A stretch of DNA of 64,000 bases from Planctomycetota bacterium (GTDB taxonomy: Bacteria; Planctomycetota; UBA8108; UBA1146): positions 27,270 through 91,269 of the forward strand of contig CBFIET010000122.1 of the NCBI GenBank assembly GCA_965661685.1, written 5' to 3'. Under the pieces are notes generated by a model that was not told the origin of the DNA, did not search any database, and saw only the letters and a list, made by a program, of their open reading frames with translations. Numbering within the stretch: the stretch's first letter is position 1; the number at the start of each line of letters is the position of its first letter. Below are positions 46,361 to 56,342 of this stretch, one piece after another. The translations under genes and the position numbers were made by a program.

Positions 46361-47146
46361 TTGATTCACCCGTCTGCAACCATCGATCCTTCTGCGGATA
46401 TCGCCGGCGATGTCACCATCGGTCCGGGGGTCTTCATCGGACCCAATGTGGTGATCGGATCGGGCTGTGTCTTCCACCATCATGCCTCCGTCGTCTGTAA
46501 CACCAGGATCGGTGAACGCTGCGTCGTTCACCCCGGTGCCGTTCTCGGTGGAGACCCACAGGATAAGAAGTGGAACGGTGAGGAAACCTGGGCAGAGATC
46601 GGATCTGACAACATCTTCCGGGAGCACTGCACCGTCAATCGTGGAACCGAACAGGGCGGGGGCGTTACCAAACTCGGTAGCGGTTGCATGATCCTTGCAA
46701 GTTCCCACATCGCGCACGACTGCATCGTCGGAAATGAGATCATCATGGCGAACGGTGTGCTGCTCGGCGGACACGTTGTCGTCGAGGATCAGGCCGGTTT
46801 CGGAGGACTCGCTGCCGTTCATCACTATGCCACCGTTGGCCGCCTTGCGTTCATCGGCGGGATGACACGAGTCACTACAGATGCTCCTCCTTTCCTGATC
46901 ACCGAGGGCAATCCATCGAGAGTTCGCGCCATCAATTCGGTAGGTATGAAACGAGCCGGAATCAACGAAGATGTGTGCGACTGGCTCAAGGAAGCTCAGC
47001 GCTTGCTCTATAACAACAACATGATCCGTCGAGAAGCGTTCGAGTTGCTCGAACGCCGTGGCCATGTTCCCGAGGAGGGTGTCCATCTACGAACCTTCCT
47101 CAGGGCCACGGAGAACGGTCGTCAATGCCGGGCCCGTCAACCCTAG
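46361..47146 (+). CDS. lpxA: Acyl-ACP--UDP-GlcNAc O-acyltransferase
   Basis: MIHPSATIDPSADIAGDV hexapeptide repeats. Confidence 0.85.
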   Translation: MIHPSATIDPSADIAGDVTIGPGVFIGPNVVIGSGCVFHHHASVVCNTRIGERCVVHPGAVLGGDPQDKKWNGEETWAEIGSDNIFREHCTVNRGTEQGGGVTKLGSGCMILASSHIAHDCIVGNEIIMANGVLLGGHVVVEDQAGFGGLAAVHHYATVGRLAFIGGMTRVTTDAPPFLITEGNPSRVRAINSVGMKRAGINEDVCDWLKEAQRLLYNNNMIRREAFELLERRGHVPEEGVHLRTFLRATENGRQCRARQP

Positions 47147-47152
47147 GGAGAC

Positions 47153-48160
47153 ATGATGCGCGTAGGAGTTGTAGGCGTCGGCCATCTTGGAAGTGCCCAC
47201 GCCAGGAACTGGCACGAGATTCCAGAAGTTGAACTGGTAGGTGTCTTCGATACCGATCCTGCTCGCTGCAAGGAAATCGCTGACCTTCACGAAGTGGCCG
47301 CTTTCGCCGATCCGTTACACATGCTGGCGGAGATCGATGCGGTCAGCATCGTCACGCCCACACCATTTCACCTCGAATCCGCACTTCCCTTCATCGAGGC
47401 TGGCAAGGCCGTGCTGGTCGAAAAGCCCCTTGCTGCAACTCTCGAGGAAGCGGATCAACTGTGCCGCGCCGCCGAGAAGTCCGGTGCAGTGCTGCAGGTG
47501 GGGCACATCGAACGCTTCAATCCTGTCATCCGATCTGCCATCGGAATCATCGAGAAACCACTTTTCATCGAATGTGATCGAATCCATCCATTTGCACTGA
47601 GATCGACGGAGATCAGCGTGGTTCACGACCTGATGATCCATGATATCGATATCGCACTGCACCTGATTCGAGACCAGCTCACCGAGGTCGATGCCCACGG
47701 TTGTTCGGTTCTGTCACCGACGGAAGACCTCGCCCACGCCAGACTCAGTTTTGCCGGCGGTGCCACCGCCTTCGTGAAAACCAGCCGCGTCGCCCTCAAT
47801 CGCTCGAGGAAAATCAGGATCTTCGGCCCTCGCCAGTACATCAGCCTCGACCTGGTCAACCGCACCGGATTCCATGTTTCTCTCGATTCCGGGTACGACC
47901 CTGACCAGTTCCTCGACTCTCTCGGGCGGGTGGAGGCTCCGGAGGGGGTCGAGCAGTTCCTCTCCAATCACCTCATCCAGCAGCCTCTGGAGATCAACGA
48001 GGTTCAGCCTCTGCGGGCGGAACTGGACGCCTTCGTCGAGGCAGTCCAGGGCAATCGTGAGCCCGCCGTCAGCGGCGCCCAGGGTCGCAGGGCGATGGAA
48101 GCCGCCTCGCAGGTGGTGGAGAGCCTCAGATCGCGCAGAAACACCCTGGAACCCTCCTGA
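47153..48160 (+). CDS. Gfo/Idh/MocA-family NAD(P)-dependent oxidoreductase
   Basis: Rossmann MRVGVVGVGHLG. Conserved EKP and GHIERFNP motifs. Confidence 0.7.
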   Translation: MMRVGVVGVGHLGSAHARNWHEIPEVELVGVFDTDPARCKEIADLHEVAAFADPLHMLAEIDAVSIVTPTPFHLESALPFIEAGKAVLVEKPLAATLEEADQLCRAAEKSGAVLQVGHIERFNPVIRSAIGIIEKPLFIECDRIHPFALRSTEISVVHDLMIHDIDIALHLIRDQLTEVDAHGCSVLSPTEDLAHARLSFAGGATAFVKTSRVALNRSRKIRIFGPRQYISLDLVNRTGFHVSLDSGYDPDQFLDSLGRVEAPEGVEQFLSNHLIQQPLEINEVQPLRAELDAFVEAVQGNREPAVSGAQGRRAMEAASQVVESLRSRRNTLEPS

Positions 48161-48396
48161 TCCCGGCGATTTCCCCGTCGATTCGATTGATGATCTTTTG
48201 CCTCCCCGATAGTTTACAGGACCGTTGACGATCCTCTCCTGGAGATTTTTCTTGGCCGGATGGACCGGCTTCGATCTTCCGGGAAATGACTTGCTGGCCT
48301 CGTCCAGTGGGTGAGGTGAGACGACATACAGACCTAGTACTTCCGCGGGAAACCTGTCGAGAGGCCCCCATGGCGGAGTGACGAAAGGAAACCGGC

Positions 48397-49287
48397 ATGT
48401 CCGGAATGCAGATCCAGGAATTGATCGAAGCAGGTGTCCACTTCGGGCATCGTTCCAGTCGCTGGCACCCAGCGATGGCGCCCTACATTCACCAGAAGCA
48501 TAACCGCAATCACGTCATCGACCTCCGACAGACGGTGCGAGGCATCGTTCGTGCCAAGCACTTCCTCGAGAGTATCGTTGAGGCGGGTCACGAGGTTGTC
48601 TTCGTCGGTACCAAGTCGCAAGCTCGCGATGTGGTTCGTGAACAATCGGGTCGTTGCGGCATGCACTTCTGTGTCCACCGCTGGCTCGGCGGTACCTTGA
48701 CCAACTTCAAGACGATTCGCAGTCGACTCCGTAGGCTCGAAGAACTGGAGAGAGATCTGGCGGATGAAACCGCATCTCGTTCCAAGAAAGAGCTCTCCAA
48801 GATGGAACGCGAGCGCCGCAAGATTTTCCGAAATCTCGAGGGTGTTCGTAACATGAATCGTATCCCTGCAGCGCTGATTGCCGTCGACATCCGCAGGGAT
48901 GAAATCGCCGTCAAGGAAGCGCGCGGACTGGGGATACCCATCATCTCCATCGTAGACACCGACTGCGACCCGAACATGGTCGACCTTCCGATCCCTGGCA
49001 ATGACGATGCCTATCGAAGCATCGAGGTCATTCTCAGCCAGCTTGCAGACTCCATCATCGCGGGCAAGGACAAACTGATCGCCCGTCAGGAGAAGGAAGC
49101 TGCCAAGAAGTCTTCCGATGAAGAGATTGCGCGTCGCAAGGAGAAGGAGCGCAATGTCGACCTCGAGGAGGCTCGTTCAAAGCCGTACAATCCTCCACAG
49201 CCGGCACCTGGTGTCGACGCTACAGATGACTCGAAAGCAAAACCTAAAATCGTTGTAGCCCCCGACAAGAAGAAATCGGAAGAGTAA
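48397..49287 (+). CDS. rpsB: Ribosomal protein S2
   Basis: AGVHFGH...WLGGTLTNF signature. Confidence 0.9.
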   Translation: MSGMQIQELIEAGVHFGHRSSRWHPAMAPYIHQKHNRNHVIDLRQTVRGIVRAKHFLESIVEAGHEVVFVGTKSQARDVVREQSGRCGMHFCVHRWLGGTLTNFKTIRSRLRRLEELERDLADETASRSKKELSKMERERRKIFRNLEGVRNMNRIPAALIAVDIRRDEIAVKEARGLGIPIISIVDTDCDPNMVDLPIPGNDDAYRSIEVILSQLADSIIAGKDKLIARQEKEAAKKSSDEEIARRKEKERNVDLEEARSKPYNPPQPAPGVDATDDSKAKPKIVVAPDKKKSEE

Positions 49288-49362
49288 TCGTCCGGTACGG
49301 GAGGCTCGTCGTAGGCAGTGATCCTGTCGCTGCTGAGATCTAGATGATGGAGTGTAAATATC

Positions 49363-49962
49363 ATGGGTGACATCAGCGCCAAATCAGTGATGGAACTTCG
49401 CCAGAAAACCGGTGTCGGGATGATGGAGTGCAAGAAGGCACTCAGTGAAACCGATGGGGATATCGAGAAGGCTGTCGATCTGCTGCGCAAGCGTGGCGCA
49501 CAGATGGCTGCCAAGAAGGCGGATCGAGCCACCAACCAGGGGTGGATCGGCTCCTACATCCACTCCAACGGACGTATCGGCGTGATCGTCGAGGTTCTCT
49601 GCGAGACTGATTTCGTTGCCAAGAATGAACAGTTCCAGGAACTGATTCGCAACATCGCCATGCACATCGCTGCAATGAATCCTCTCGCCGTATCTTCCAA
49701 GGAAATCGATCCTGAGCTTATCGAGCGCGAGCGAGCAGTTTATGCAGAACAGGTGAAGGACAAGCCCGAGAACATCCAGGGCAACATCATCGAGGGCAAG
49801 TTGCAGAAGTTCTTCAGCGAGGTGTGCCTCCTCAACCAGAGTTACATCCGTGACGACAAGAAGACCATCGAAGAAGTGATTCAGGATGCCATCTCTACCA
49901 TCGGTGAGAACATCCAGTTGAAAAGATTCCACCGCCTCGAGATCGGACAGGATCCCAAGTAG
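49363..49962 (+). CDS. tsf: Elongation factor Ts (short form)
   Basis: UBA-like N-terminus LRQKTGVGMMECKKAL and the TDFVAKN motif. Confidence 0.85.
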   Translation: MGDISAKSVMELRQKTGVGMMECKKALSETDGDIEKAVDLLRKRGAQMAAKKADRATNQGWIGSYIHSNGRIGVIVEVLCETDFVAKNEQFQELIRNIAMHIAAMNPLAVSSKEIDPELIERERAVYAEQVKDKPENIQGNIIEGKLQKFFSEVCLLNQSYIRDDKKTIEEVIQDAISTIGENIQLKRFHRLEIGQDPK

Positions 49963-49985
49963 ATCCCTGAGTAGGACGGACCCTG

Positions 49986-50699
49986 ATGACGGCAGCCCAC
50001 AATCGACGTGTACTGCTCAAGTTAAGCGGTGAGGCGCTGGGAGGGGCCAGCAGGGTTGGCCTCGATGCGGATGCTATTTCCGATGTTTCACGTCAAATCG
50101 TCGAGGCCTCCACTTCCATCGAGATCGCCATCGTGGTCGGTGCTGGAAATATCTGTCGAGGGGCAAACTGGACCAATTCGTCGATCCACAGGAGCGACGC
50201 TGACGCCATCGGCATGGCTGCCACCCACGTCAATGCTCTGTCGCTGGCCCTCTCCATCGAGGCCGCAGGAGCCACTGCCGCCGTGTTTGGAGCCGGATCC
50301 CCGGTTCCTCAGGTGAAACACTTCGATTCCCGGGAGTGCCGCCAGCGGCTCGCTTCAGGACAGGTCATCGTCCTCTCCGGTGGTACCGGTAACCCCTTCT
50401 TCACCACTGACACCTGTGCTGCACTCCGAGCGGCAGAACTCGACTGCCAGGAACTTCTCAAGGGAACGAAACACGATGGCATTTACGACCGAGATCCTGC
50501 CGTTCACGAGGATGCCGTGCGTTTGCCAGAAACCACCTTTGATCACGTCCTTGAGCAGGGCCTCGAGGCGATGGACTCTGCAGCGTTCAGCCTCTGTCGT
50601 GATCAAAAGATTTCACTTCGTATCTTCGACATGACCCGTGACAATGCCATTCTTGAAGCCCTCACGGGGGTTGCTGTAGGATCGATCATTCGTAATTAA
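49986..50699 (+). CDS. pyrH: UMP kinase
   Basis: RVLLKLSGEAL...VVGAGNICRG. Confidence 0.9.
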   Translation: MTAAHNRRVLLKLSGEALGGASRVGLDADAISDVSRQIVEASTSIEIAIVVGAGNICRGANWTNSSIHRSDADAIGMAATHVNALSLALSIEAAGATAAVFGAGSPVPQVKHFDSRECRQRLASGQVIVLSGGTGNPFFTTDTCAALRAAELDCQELLKGTKHDGIYDRDPAVHEDAVRLPETTFDHVLEQGLEAMDSAAFSLCRDQKISLRIFDMTRDNAILEALTGVAVGSIIRN

Positions 50700-50726
50700 C
50701 TGGTTCACTGATGTCGGAGGTTCACG

Positions 50727-51281
50727 GTGGAAGAAGTCGTTCTCGATGCAGAAGAGCGGATGAACAAGGCTCTCAATTTCTTGCGTGAAGAGATGCGCGG
50801 AATGCGCACGGGGAGAGCTCACCCAGGGCTGGTTGAATCGATCCGGGTCGATTATTACGGGACTCCCACGCCTCTGAAGCAGCTGGCCTCGATCTCGGTC
50901 CCGGAACCGGATCAGATCGTCATCAAGCCCTTCGACAGCAACGCAATCACCGATATCGAGAAGGGGCTACAATCCTCCGATCTCGGCATTACTCCCCAGA
51001 ATGACGGGAAGCTGATCCGCCTGAAGGTCCCACCCCTGTCGGAGGAGAGGCGCAAACAGATGGTTTCCAGGGTCAAGGAAGTCGCCGAGGAATCGCGGGT
51101 CTCGATGCGGAATATCCGCCGAGACGCCAACAAGCACATCGACACCTCCAAGAAGGACGGGGATCTCTCGGAAGACGACCAGGCTCGTCTCAAGGACCAG
51201 ATCCAGGATGTCCTCAAATCTGTCGAAAAACAGGTCGATGAGGACCTCAAACGCAAGACTTCGGAGTTGATGGAGATCTGA
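50727..51281 (+). CDS. frr: Ribosome recycling factor
   Basis: Full-length RRF signature. Confidence 0.9.
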   Translation: MEEVVLDAEERMNKALNFLREEMRGMRTGRAHPGLVESIRVDYYGTPTPLKQLASISVPEPDQIVIKPFDSNAITDIEKGLQSSDLGITPQNDGKLIRLKVPPLSEERRKQMVSRVKEVAEESRVSMRNIRRDANKHIDTSKKDGDLSEDDQARLKDQIQDVLKSVEKQVDEDLKRKTSELMEI

Positions 51282-51340
51282 TCTCCGCCGTGGAAGATAT
51301 TGACGGGCCATGGCAGGATCGGTACAGTCCCTCGCTGCAC

Positions 51341-51413
51341 GGGAGCATAGCTCAGTCGGTAGAGCAACGCCCTTTTAAGGCGTCGGTCGTTGGTTCGAGC
51401 CCAACTGCTCTCA
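51341..51413 (+). tRNA. tRNA-Lys (anticodon TTT)
   Basis: GGGAGCA/TGCTCTC acceptor. Anticodon loop CTTTTAA. T arm GTTGG-TTCGAGC-CCAAC. Confidence 0.8.
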
Positions 51414-51422
51414 TTTGAAATC

Positions 51423-51500
51423 AGGCCCCATCGTCTAGTCAGGTCTAGGACATCAGGTTTTCATCCTGAGAACAGGGGTTCGAATCCCCTTGGGGTCACC
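51423..51500 (+). tRNA. tRNA-Glu (anticodon TTC)
   Basis: GGCCCCA/TGGGGTC acceptor. Anticodon loop TTTTCAT. T arm AGGGG-TTCGAAT-CCCCT. CCA is encoded. Confidence 0.75.
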
Positions 51501-51507
51501 AAATTGA

Positions 51508-51546
51508 TGGGGTCGGTGTTGTCCTGCACCGGCCCCTGTTTCTTTT
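51508..51546 (+). terminator. Intrinsic terminator downstream of the tRNA-Lys/tRNA-Glu pair
   Basis: 10-bp GC-rich stem GGGGTCGGTG/CACCGGCCCC with loop ttgtcctg, followed by TGTTTCTTTTT. Confidence 0.6.
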
Positions 51547-51740
51547 TCAGCCCTCGCCTCGGTTTGTGCTCCTGATTCAGCAGTGGGCCTCTTCTGCTAC
51601 GCTCCTGCGACGAATCCTGCGCCTCGACCCAGGATTCAATTTTATGTACAGCCTTCCCTGTGTACCATCCGCAGGTACTGCAAATCGATGCCACCGGGAT
51701 TGCCGCTGGCTGGTGACGAAGGTCCCTTCGAGAGGCTTGC

Positions 51741-52910
51741 ATGATGGAACGATTCGAGGGTTCTGACTTCTACAATCTGGACGACCTGCTCAGCGAGGAG
51801 CAGAAGTTGATCCGGGATACCGTACGAGATTTTGTCGATGATCAGGTGATGCCGATCATCGAGGATTGCTTCATGAAGGATCGATTTCCCGATCAGGTGA
51901 TTCCAACCCTCGGAGAACTCGGTCTGCTCGGAGCAAACCTTGAGGGTTACGAATGCGCCGGCCTCGATAACATCTCCTACGGCCTGATCATGCAGGAACT
52001 CGAACGTGGAGACAGCGGCTTGCGTTCCTTTGTCAGCGTTCAGGGCGGCCTCGTCATGTACCCGATTCATCGATATGGAAGTGAAGATCAGAAGAACCGT
52101 TTCCTTCCAGAGCTTGCCGCGGGCAGGAAGATCGGCTGTTTCGGATTGACGGAACCTGACTTCGGTTCCAATCCAAGCGGCATGATCACCCATGCAGTCG
52201 AGGATGGGGGTGACTACATCCTCAACGGGAACAAGATGTGGATCACCAACGGTTGTGTCAGTGACGTGGCCGTCGTGTGGGCGAAACTGGATGGTCGAAT
52301 TCGAGGATTCCTCGTCGAAAAGGGTACCGAGGGCTTCAGTACGACCAAGCAGGAGAAGAAATTCTCTCTGAGGGCGTCCACCACATCCGAGCTTCATTTC
52401 CAGGACTGTCGAATTCCAAAGGAGAACCTGCTGCCCGGTGCGGATGGTCTGGCAGGCCCGCTCTCCTGCCTGACACAGGCGAGGTACGGCATCGCCTGGG
52501 GAGTCGTCGGCTCTGCCATGGCCTCCTTCGACGTGGCTCGCAAGTACTCCCTCAGCAGGATCCAGTTCGATCGTCCCATCGGGGGTTTCCAGCTGGTTCA
52601 GGCGAAACTCGCCGAGATGCTTTCGGAGATCACCAAAGCGCAGCTCTTGTGCCTGCGCCTGGCCCAGTTGAAGAATGCCGGCACGATGACCGCTCAGCAT
52701 GTATCGCTTTCCAAGCGCAACAACGTGTACTGGGCCCTGGAGATCGCCCGCTCGGCTCGTGATTTGCTCGGAGCCAATGGAGTCACACACGAGTATCCAG
52801 TGGGTAGACACATGCTGAACCTGGAATCGGTCAAGACCTACGAGGGAACGCATGACATACATACCCTCATCCTGGGGCACGAAATCACCGGAATCCCTGC
52901 TTACAAGTGA
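51741..52910 (+). CDS. gcdH: Acyl-CoA dehydrogenase, glutaryl-CoA dehydrogenase-like
   Basis: ACAD fold. C-terminal YEGTHDIH motif. Confidence 0.75.
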   Translation: MMERFEGSDFYNLDDLLSEEQKLIRDTVRDFVDDQVMPIIEDCFMKDRFPDQVIPTLGELGLLGANLEGYECAGLDNISYGLIMQELERGDSGLRSFVSVQGGLVMYPIHRYGSEDQKNRFLPELAAGRKIGCFGLTEPDFGSNPSGMITHAVEDGGDYILNGNKMWITNGCVSDVAVVWAKLDGRIRGFLVEKGTEGFSTTKQEKKFSLRASTTSELHFQDCRIPKENLLPGADGLAGPLSCLTQARYGIAWGVVGSAMASFDVARKYSLSRIQFDRPIGGFQLVQAKLAEMLSEITKAQLLCLRLAQLKNAGTMTAQHVSLSKRNNVYWALEIARSARDLLGANGVTHEYPVGRHMLNLESVKTYEGTHDIHTLILGHEITGIPAYK

Positions 52911-53009
52911 TCTGATCCGGTGGTGGATGTGATGAAATTGTCAGATTGGGTTACAATTCAGATGTGACCCACCGTTCTGGGTCTGACGATTGGGAAGCGG
53001 GGATCCAGG

Positions 53010-55253
53010 GTGAGTGCAGCATCCGAATTCATCGGCAGGTTCAACGACAAGTCCCTGGCCAGATTTCAGGCGCGACAGCGAATCCGCAGCATGTCGGGGT
53101 TCATCGATGACTTCCTGGCGGATCCCTATCCATACCTGCGCAATTCTGCTCGCTACCTCTGTGATATGTTCGAACACTACGGAACCGAAGAGGTTCAGCG
53201 AATCGGCATGGTCGATCGTCGCTGGAAACTTTTCAACCTGGATTACAGCGAAGCGGAAGAATCCCTTGTCGCTCAGGAGCGGGTTCAGAACTCCATCTAC
53301 TTGAAGCTCCGACAGTTTGCACGTAATGGACTCGCTGATCGCTTGATCCTGCTTCACGGTCCCAACGGATCGGCAAAGTCGACGACCATCCAGGCGATGA
53401 TGCATGCCATGACTCACTACAGCATCGAGAACGAAGGATCCCTCTACCGTTTCAACTGGATCTTCCCCCTCAAGTCGAAGGAGGGCAGTCGTATCGGTTT
53501 CGAGGAGGGGCAAGATGACGACTCGGGATCTTACGCCTTTCTCAAGCAGGAAGAGATCGGCTCGGTGATCCGCTGCGAATTGAAGGATTCTCCGTTGTTC
53601 CTGATCCCTCGTCAGGAACGCAAGGAACTGATCGACATCGCGGTCCAGAAACATCCCGAGATCGCTGACATGGAACATTTCAATTACGACTGGGCATTGA
53701 ACGGTGATCTATCCCAGAAGAGCAAGTGGATCTACGAAGCGCTGCTGGCGGCAAATCAGGGCGACTGGTCCGAAGTGATGCGCCACGTGCAGGTCGAGCG
53801 ATTCTTTCACTCCAAGCGCTACAGGCTCGGCTGCATCAGCATCGAGCCCCAGGCCAACATCGATGCCCAGACTCGCCTGATGGGCTTCGAGGGGAGTGCG
53901 CTGCCGGGAGTACTTCACGGCATTCCTCTCTTCGAACTGGAGGGGGAACTTGTCGAGGCCAATCGTGGTCTCTGTGAGTACTCTGATTTCCTCAAGCGAC
54001 CGCCTGAAACCAACAAGTACCTCCTCACCACATCGGAGAAGGGCACGATCCAGTTACCCAACTACCGTGCTCATCTCGACATCGTTTTGACTGGAACCGC
54101 CAACGAGAAGCAGTTGAATCTTTTCAAGAGGACTCCTGACTTCTCCTCCTTCAAGGGACGCCTCAGTTTTGTCAGGGTTCCCTACCTTCTCCAGTTCTCC
54201 CGTGAAGCGGAGCTCTACCAGAGGCACCTCGAAACACAGGCCATCGGCAAGTCAGTGGCTCCACACACCGCAGAGATGACGGCGCTGTGGGCGATCCTCA
54301 CCCGCCTGAAACGCCCATCCCCGAAGAATCATACGCCGGAACTTGCCCCTCTCGTCTCGAGATTGGCACCGCTCGAAAAAGCCCTGCTCTACGACCACGG
54401 CGCAACCCCCGGACACCTCAAGGAGGACGAGAAGAAGTTACTCGGCCAAAGCGTTCGATCGTTGCGCGAGGAACACGATGAATCGGAGGGGGAATTCGAG
54501 GGGATTTACGGTTCCGAGTACGAGGGGCGAAGAGGCGCATCTCCCCGGGAAATGATCACGATGATTGCACTCGCTGCAGAGGACAATTCACGTGGCTGCC
54601 TGTCTCCGCTCAGCATGCTCGATGAGTTGTCCGCCTTCATCAAGGAATCGAGTGTTCACGATTTCCTCAGAATCCCCGTCGACAATGGATATCACGACTC
54701 GCCTTCCTTCATCGACCAGGTCCGGGAGCACTATCTCGGCATCGTCCAGAACGAGGTTTTCGACAGCATCAGTCTTGTTGACGAGGAGGAGTTCGACCGT
54801 CTCTTCAGCGACTACCTCCAGCACATCAAGGCTTATGACCTGGGCACCAAGATATTCCACGAACCATCCGGAAGTTACCTCGCGCCTTCCCTGGAACTGA
54901 TGGAGCGGGTCGAGAATGTCATCGGGGTCAAGGACAACTACGACTCCCACCGATCCAACCTGCTCAGCCGAATCGGTGCCTACGCCACCGATAACCCCGA
55001 TGCAGCCATCGAGTACCGCAACGTTTTCCCCGATATGTACCTGCAGATGAAGAAATCGATCTGGGCAGAGAAGTCTCAATCGATGCACAAGGTGCTGATC
55101 GACACCCTCGACTTCCTCTCCGACGAGAAGCGCAACCTCGATGCGCAGGAAACGTCTCACGTAGAGTCGTTCCTGAACACGATGGTCGGTCGCTACGGGT
55201 ACGACCAGGAAAGCGCCCGGGAGATCATCGGATTCGTCGCTTCCAACCAGTGA
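53010..55253 (+). CDS. prkA: PrkA-family AAA-type serine protein kinase
   Basis: Walker A LLHGPNGSAKST. Large PrkA C-terminal region. Confidence 0.8.
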   Translation: MSAASEFIGRFNDKSLARFQARQRIRSMSGFIDDFLADPYPYLRNSARYLCDMFEHYGTEEVQRIGMVDRRWKLFNLDYSEAEESLVAQERVQNSIYLKLRQFARNGLADRLILLHGPNGSAKSTTIQAMMHAMTHYSIENEGSLYRFNWIFPLKSKEGSRIGFEEGQDDDSGSYAFLKQEEIGSVIRCELKDSPLFLIPRQERKELIDIAVQKHPEIADMEHFNYDWALNGDLSQKSKWIYEALLAANQGDWSEVMRHVQVERFFHSKRYRLGCISIEPQANIDAQTRLMGFEGSALPGVLHGIPLFELEGELVEANRGLCEYSDFLKRPPETNKYLLTTSEKGTIQLPNYRAHLDIVLTGTANEKQLNLFKRTPDFSSFKGRLSFVRVPYLLQFSREAELYQRHLETQAIGKSVAPHTAEMTALWAILTRLKRPSPKNHTPELAPLVSRLAPLEKALLYDHGATPGHLKEDEKKLLGQSVRSLREEHDESEGEFEGIYGSEYEGRRGASPREMITMIALAAEDNSRGCLSPLSMLDELSAFIKESSVHDFLRIPVDNGYHDSPSFIDQVREHYLGIVQNEVFDSISLVDEEEFDRLFSDYLQHIKAYDLGTKIFHEPSGSYLAPSLELMERVENVIGVKDNYDSHRSNLLSRIGAYATDNPDAAIEYRNVFPDMYLQMKKSIWAEKSQSMHKVLIDTLDFLSDEKRNLDAQETSHVESFLNTMVGRYGYDQESAREIIGFVASNQ

Positions 55254-55256
55254 GAG

Positions 55257-56342
55257 TCAGTGACTTTTTCTGAAATCGGGAGTGGTGTCTGCGAGTCTCG
55301 TCAGCCAGCGACGGAAGAAACTCAATTCTCCCGCAGCAACCGGCGGCAGTGATCCGTCGACATCGCCGATCGACTCCCGGACCCTCTGGATCACATCGTC
55401 AGCAGAGAGACCTTCGGCGTTGGCGTGAACGCTCAGTACCACCCGATGCCGAAGCGATGGCAAGATCACCTCGTCGAGATCCTCAGCGATGACGGTATCT
55501 CTTCCTCGCAACCCAGCCCTGGCCCGAGCAGTCGCGATCATCGTCTGGATCCCGCGTGGTCCTGAACCGTGAGTGAGGAGATCGACAGCCACTTCCGATG
55601 CGTCCTCTTGACCACTTCGGGTGGCACGGACGATCCGAATCGCCCGGCCCAGGATCGCATCGGGGACCTCGATGGAGGCTACCTGTTCAATCGCATCCTT
55701 GATCCACGAAGCGGGAACCACCGGCTCCAGGGCGATGTCTTCCAACCTGGCGGTGGTTGTCGAGACGACGTCGAGTTCTTCTTCTGCCTGGGGATAATCG
55801 AGCATCACCTGGAATGCGAAACGATCGAGCTGGGTGAAGGGGAGCGGATAGGTCCCTTCCTGTTCCAGTGGATTCTGCGTCGCCATGACGAAGAAGGGCT
55901 TGGGTAGGGGATGCCTGGTCCCCATCACAGTGACCTGCCCCTCCTCCATCGCTTCGAGGAGCGCAGCCTGAGTCTTGGGTGGAGTCCTGTTGATCTCGTC
56001 TCCCAGCATCAGGTTGGCAAAGATGGGACCCTCTCGAAAACGAAAGTCCCGGTCGCTGCCGGTCATATCCTCGGACAGGATCGAAGTACCGGTGATATCC
56101 TGGGGCATCAGGTCAGGGGTGAACTGCACCCGGCTGAATTGAAGATCGAGCAGTTCCGCCAGTGAACGGATCAAAAGCGTCTTGGCGAGACCGGGCACGC
56201 CGATGACAAGGATGTGGCCACCGGAGAAGAATGCGGTCAGCACCTGATCGATGACCGCCTCCTGGCCGATGATCCTGGTCGCGAGTTGCTCGCGAATCTT
56301 CTCCTGAGCCGTTGCAAGAATCCCCTGATCAGGCGTCATCAT
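55257..56342 (-). CDS. MoxR-family AAA+ ATPase
   Basis: Walker A GVPGLAKT, Walker B DEINR and the MoxR C-terminal lid. Confidence 0.85.
   Translation of the reverse strand: MMTPDQGILATAQEKIREQLATRIIGQEAVIDQVLTAFFSGGHILVIGVPGLAKTLLIRSLAELLDLQFSRVQFTPDLMPQDITGTSILSEDMTGSDRDFRFREGPIFANLMLGDEINRTPPKTQAALLEAMEEGQVTVMGTRHPLPKPFFVMATQNPLEQEGTYPLPFTQLDRFAFQVMLDYPQAEEELDVVSTTTARLEDIALEPVVPASWIKDAIEQVASIEVPDAILGRAIRIVRATRSGQEDASEVAVDLLTHGSGPRGIQTMIATARARAGLRGRDTVIAEDLDEVILPSLRHRVVLSVHANAEGLSADDVIQRVRESIGDVDGSLPPVAAGELSFFRRWLTRLADTTPDFRKSH

Noticed and set aside
52941-53678. 245-aa minus-strand ORF
   Set aside because: Antisense to the N-terminal, Walker-A-containing part of prkA.
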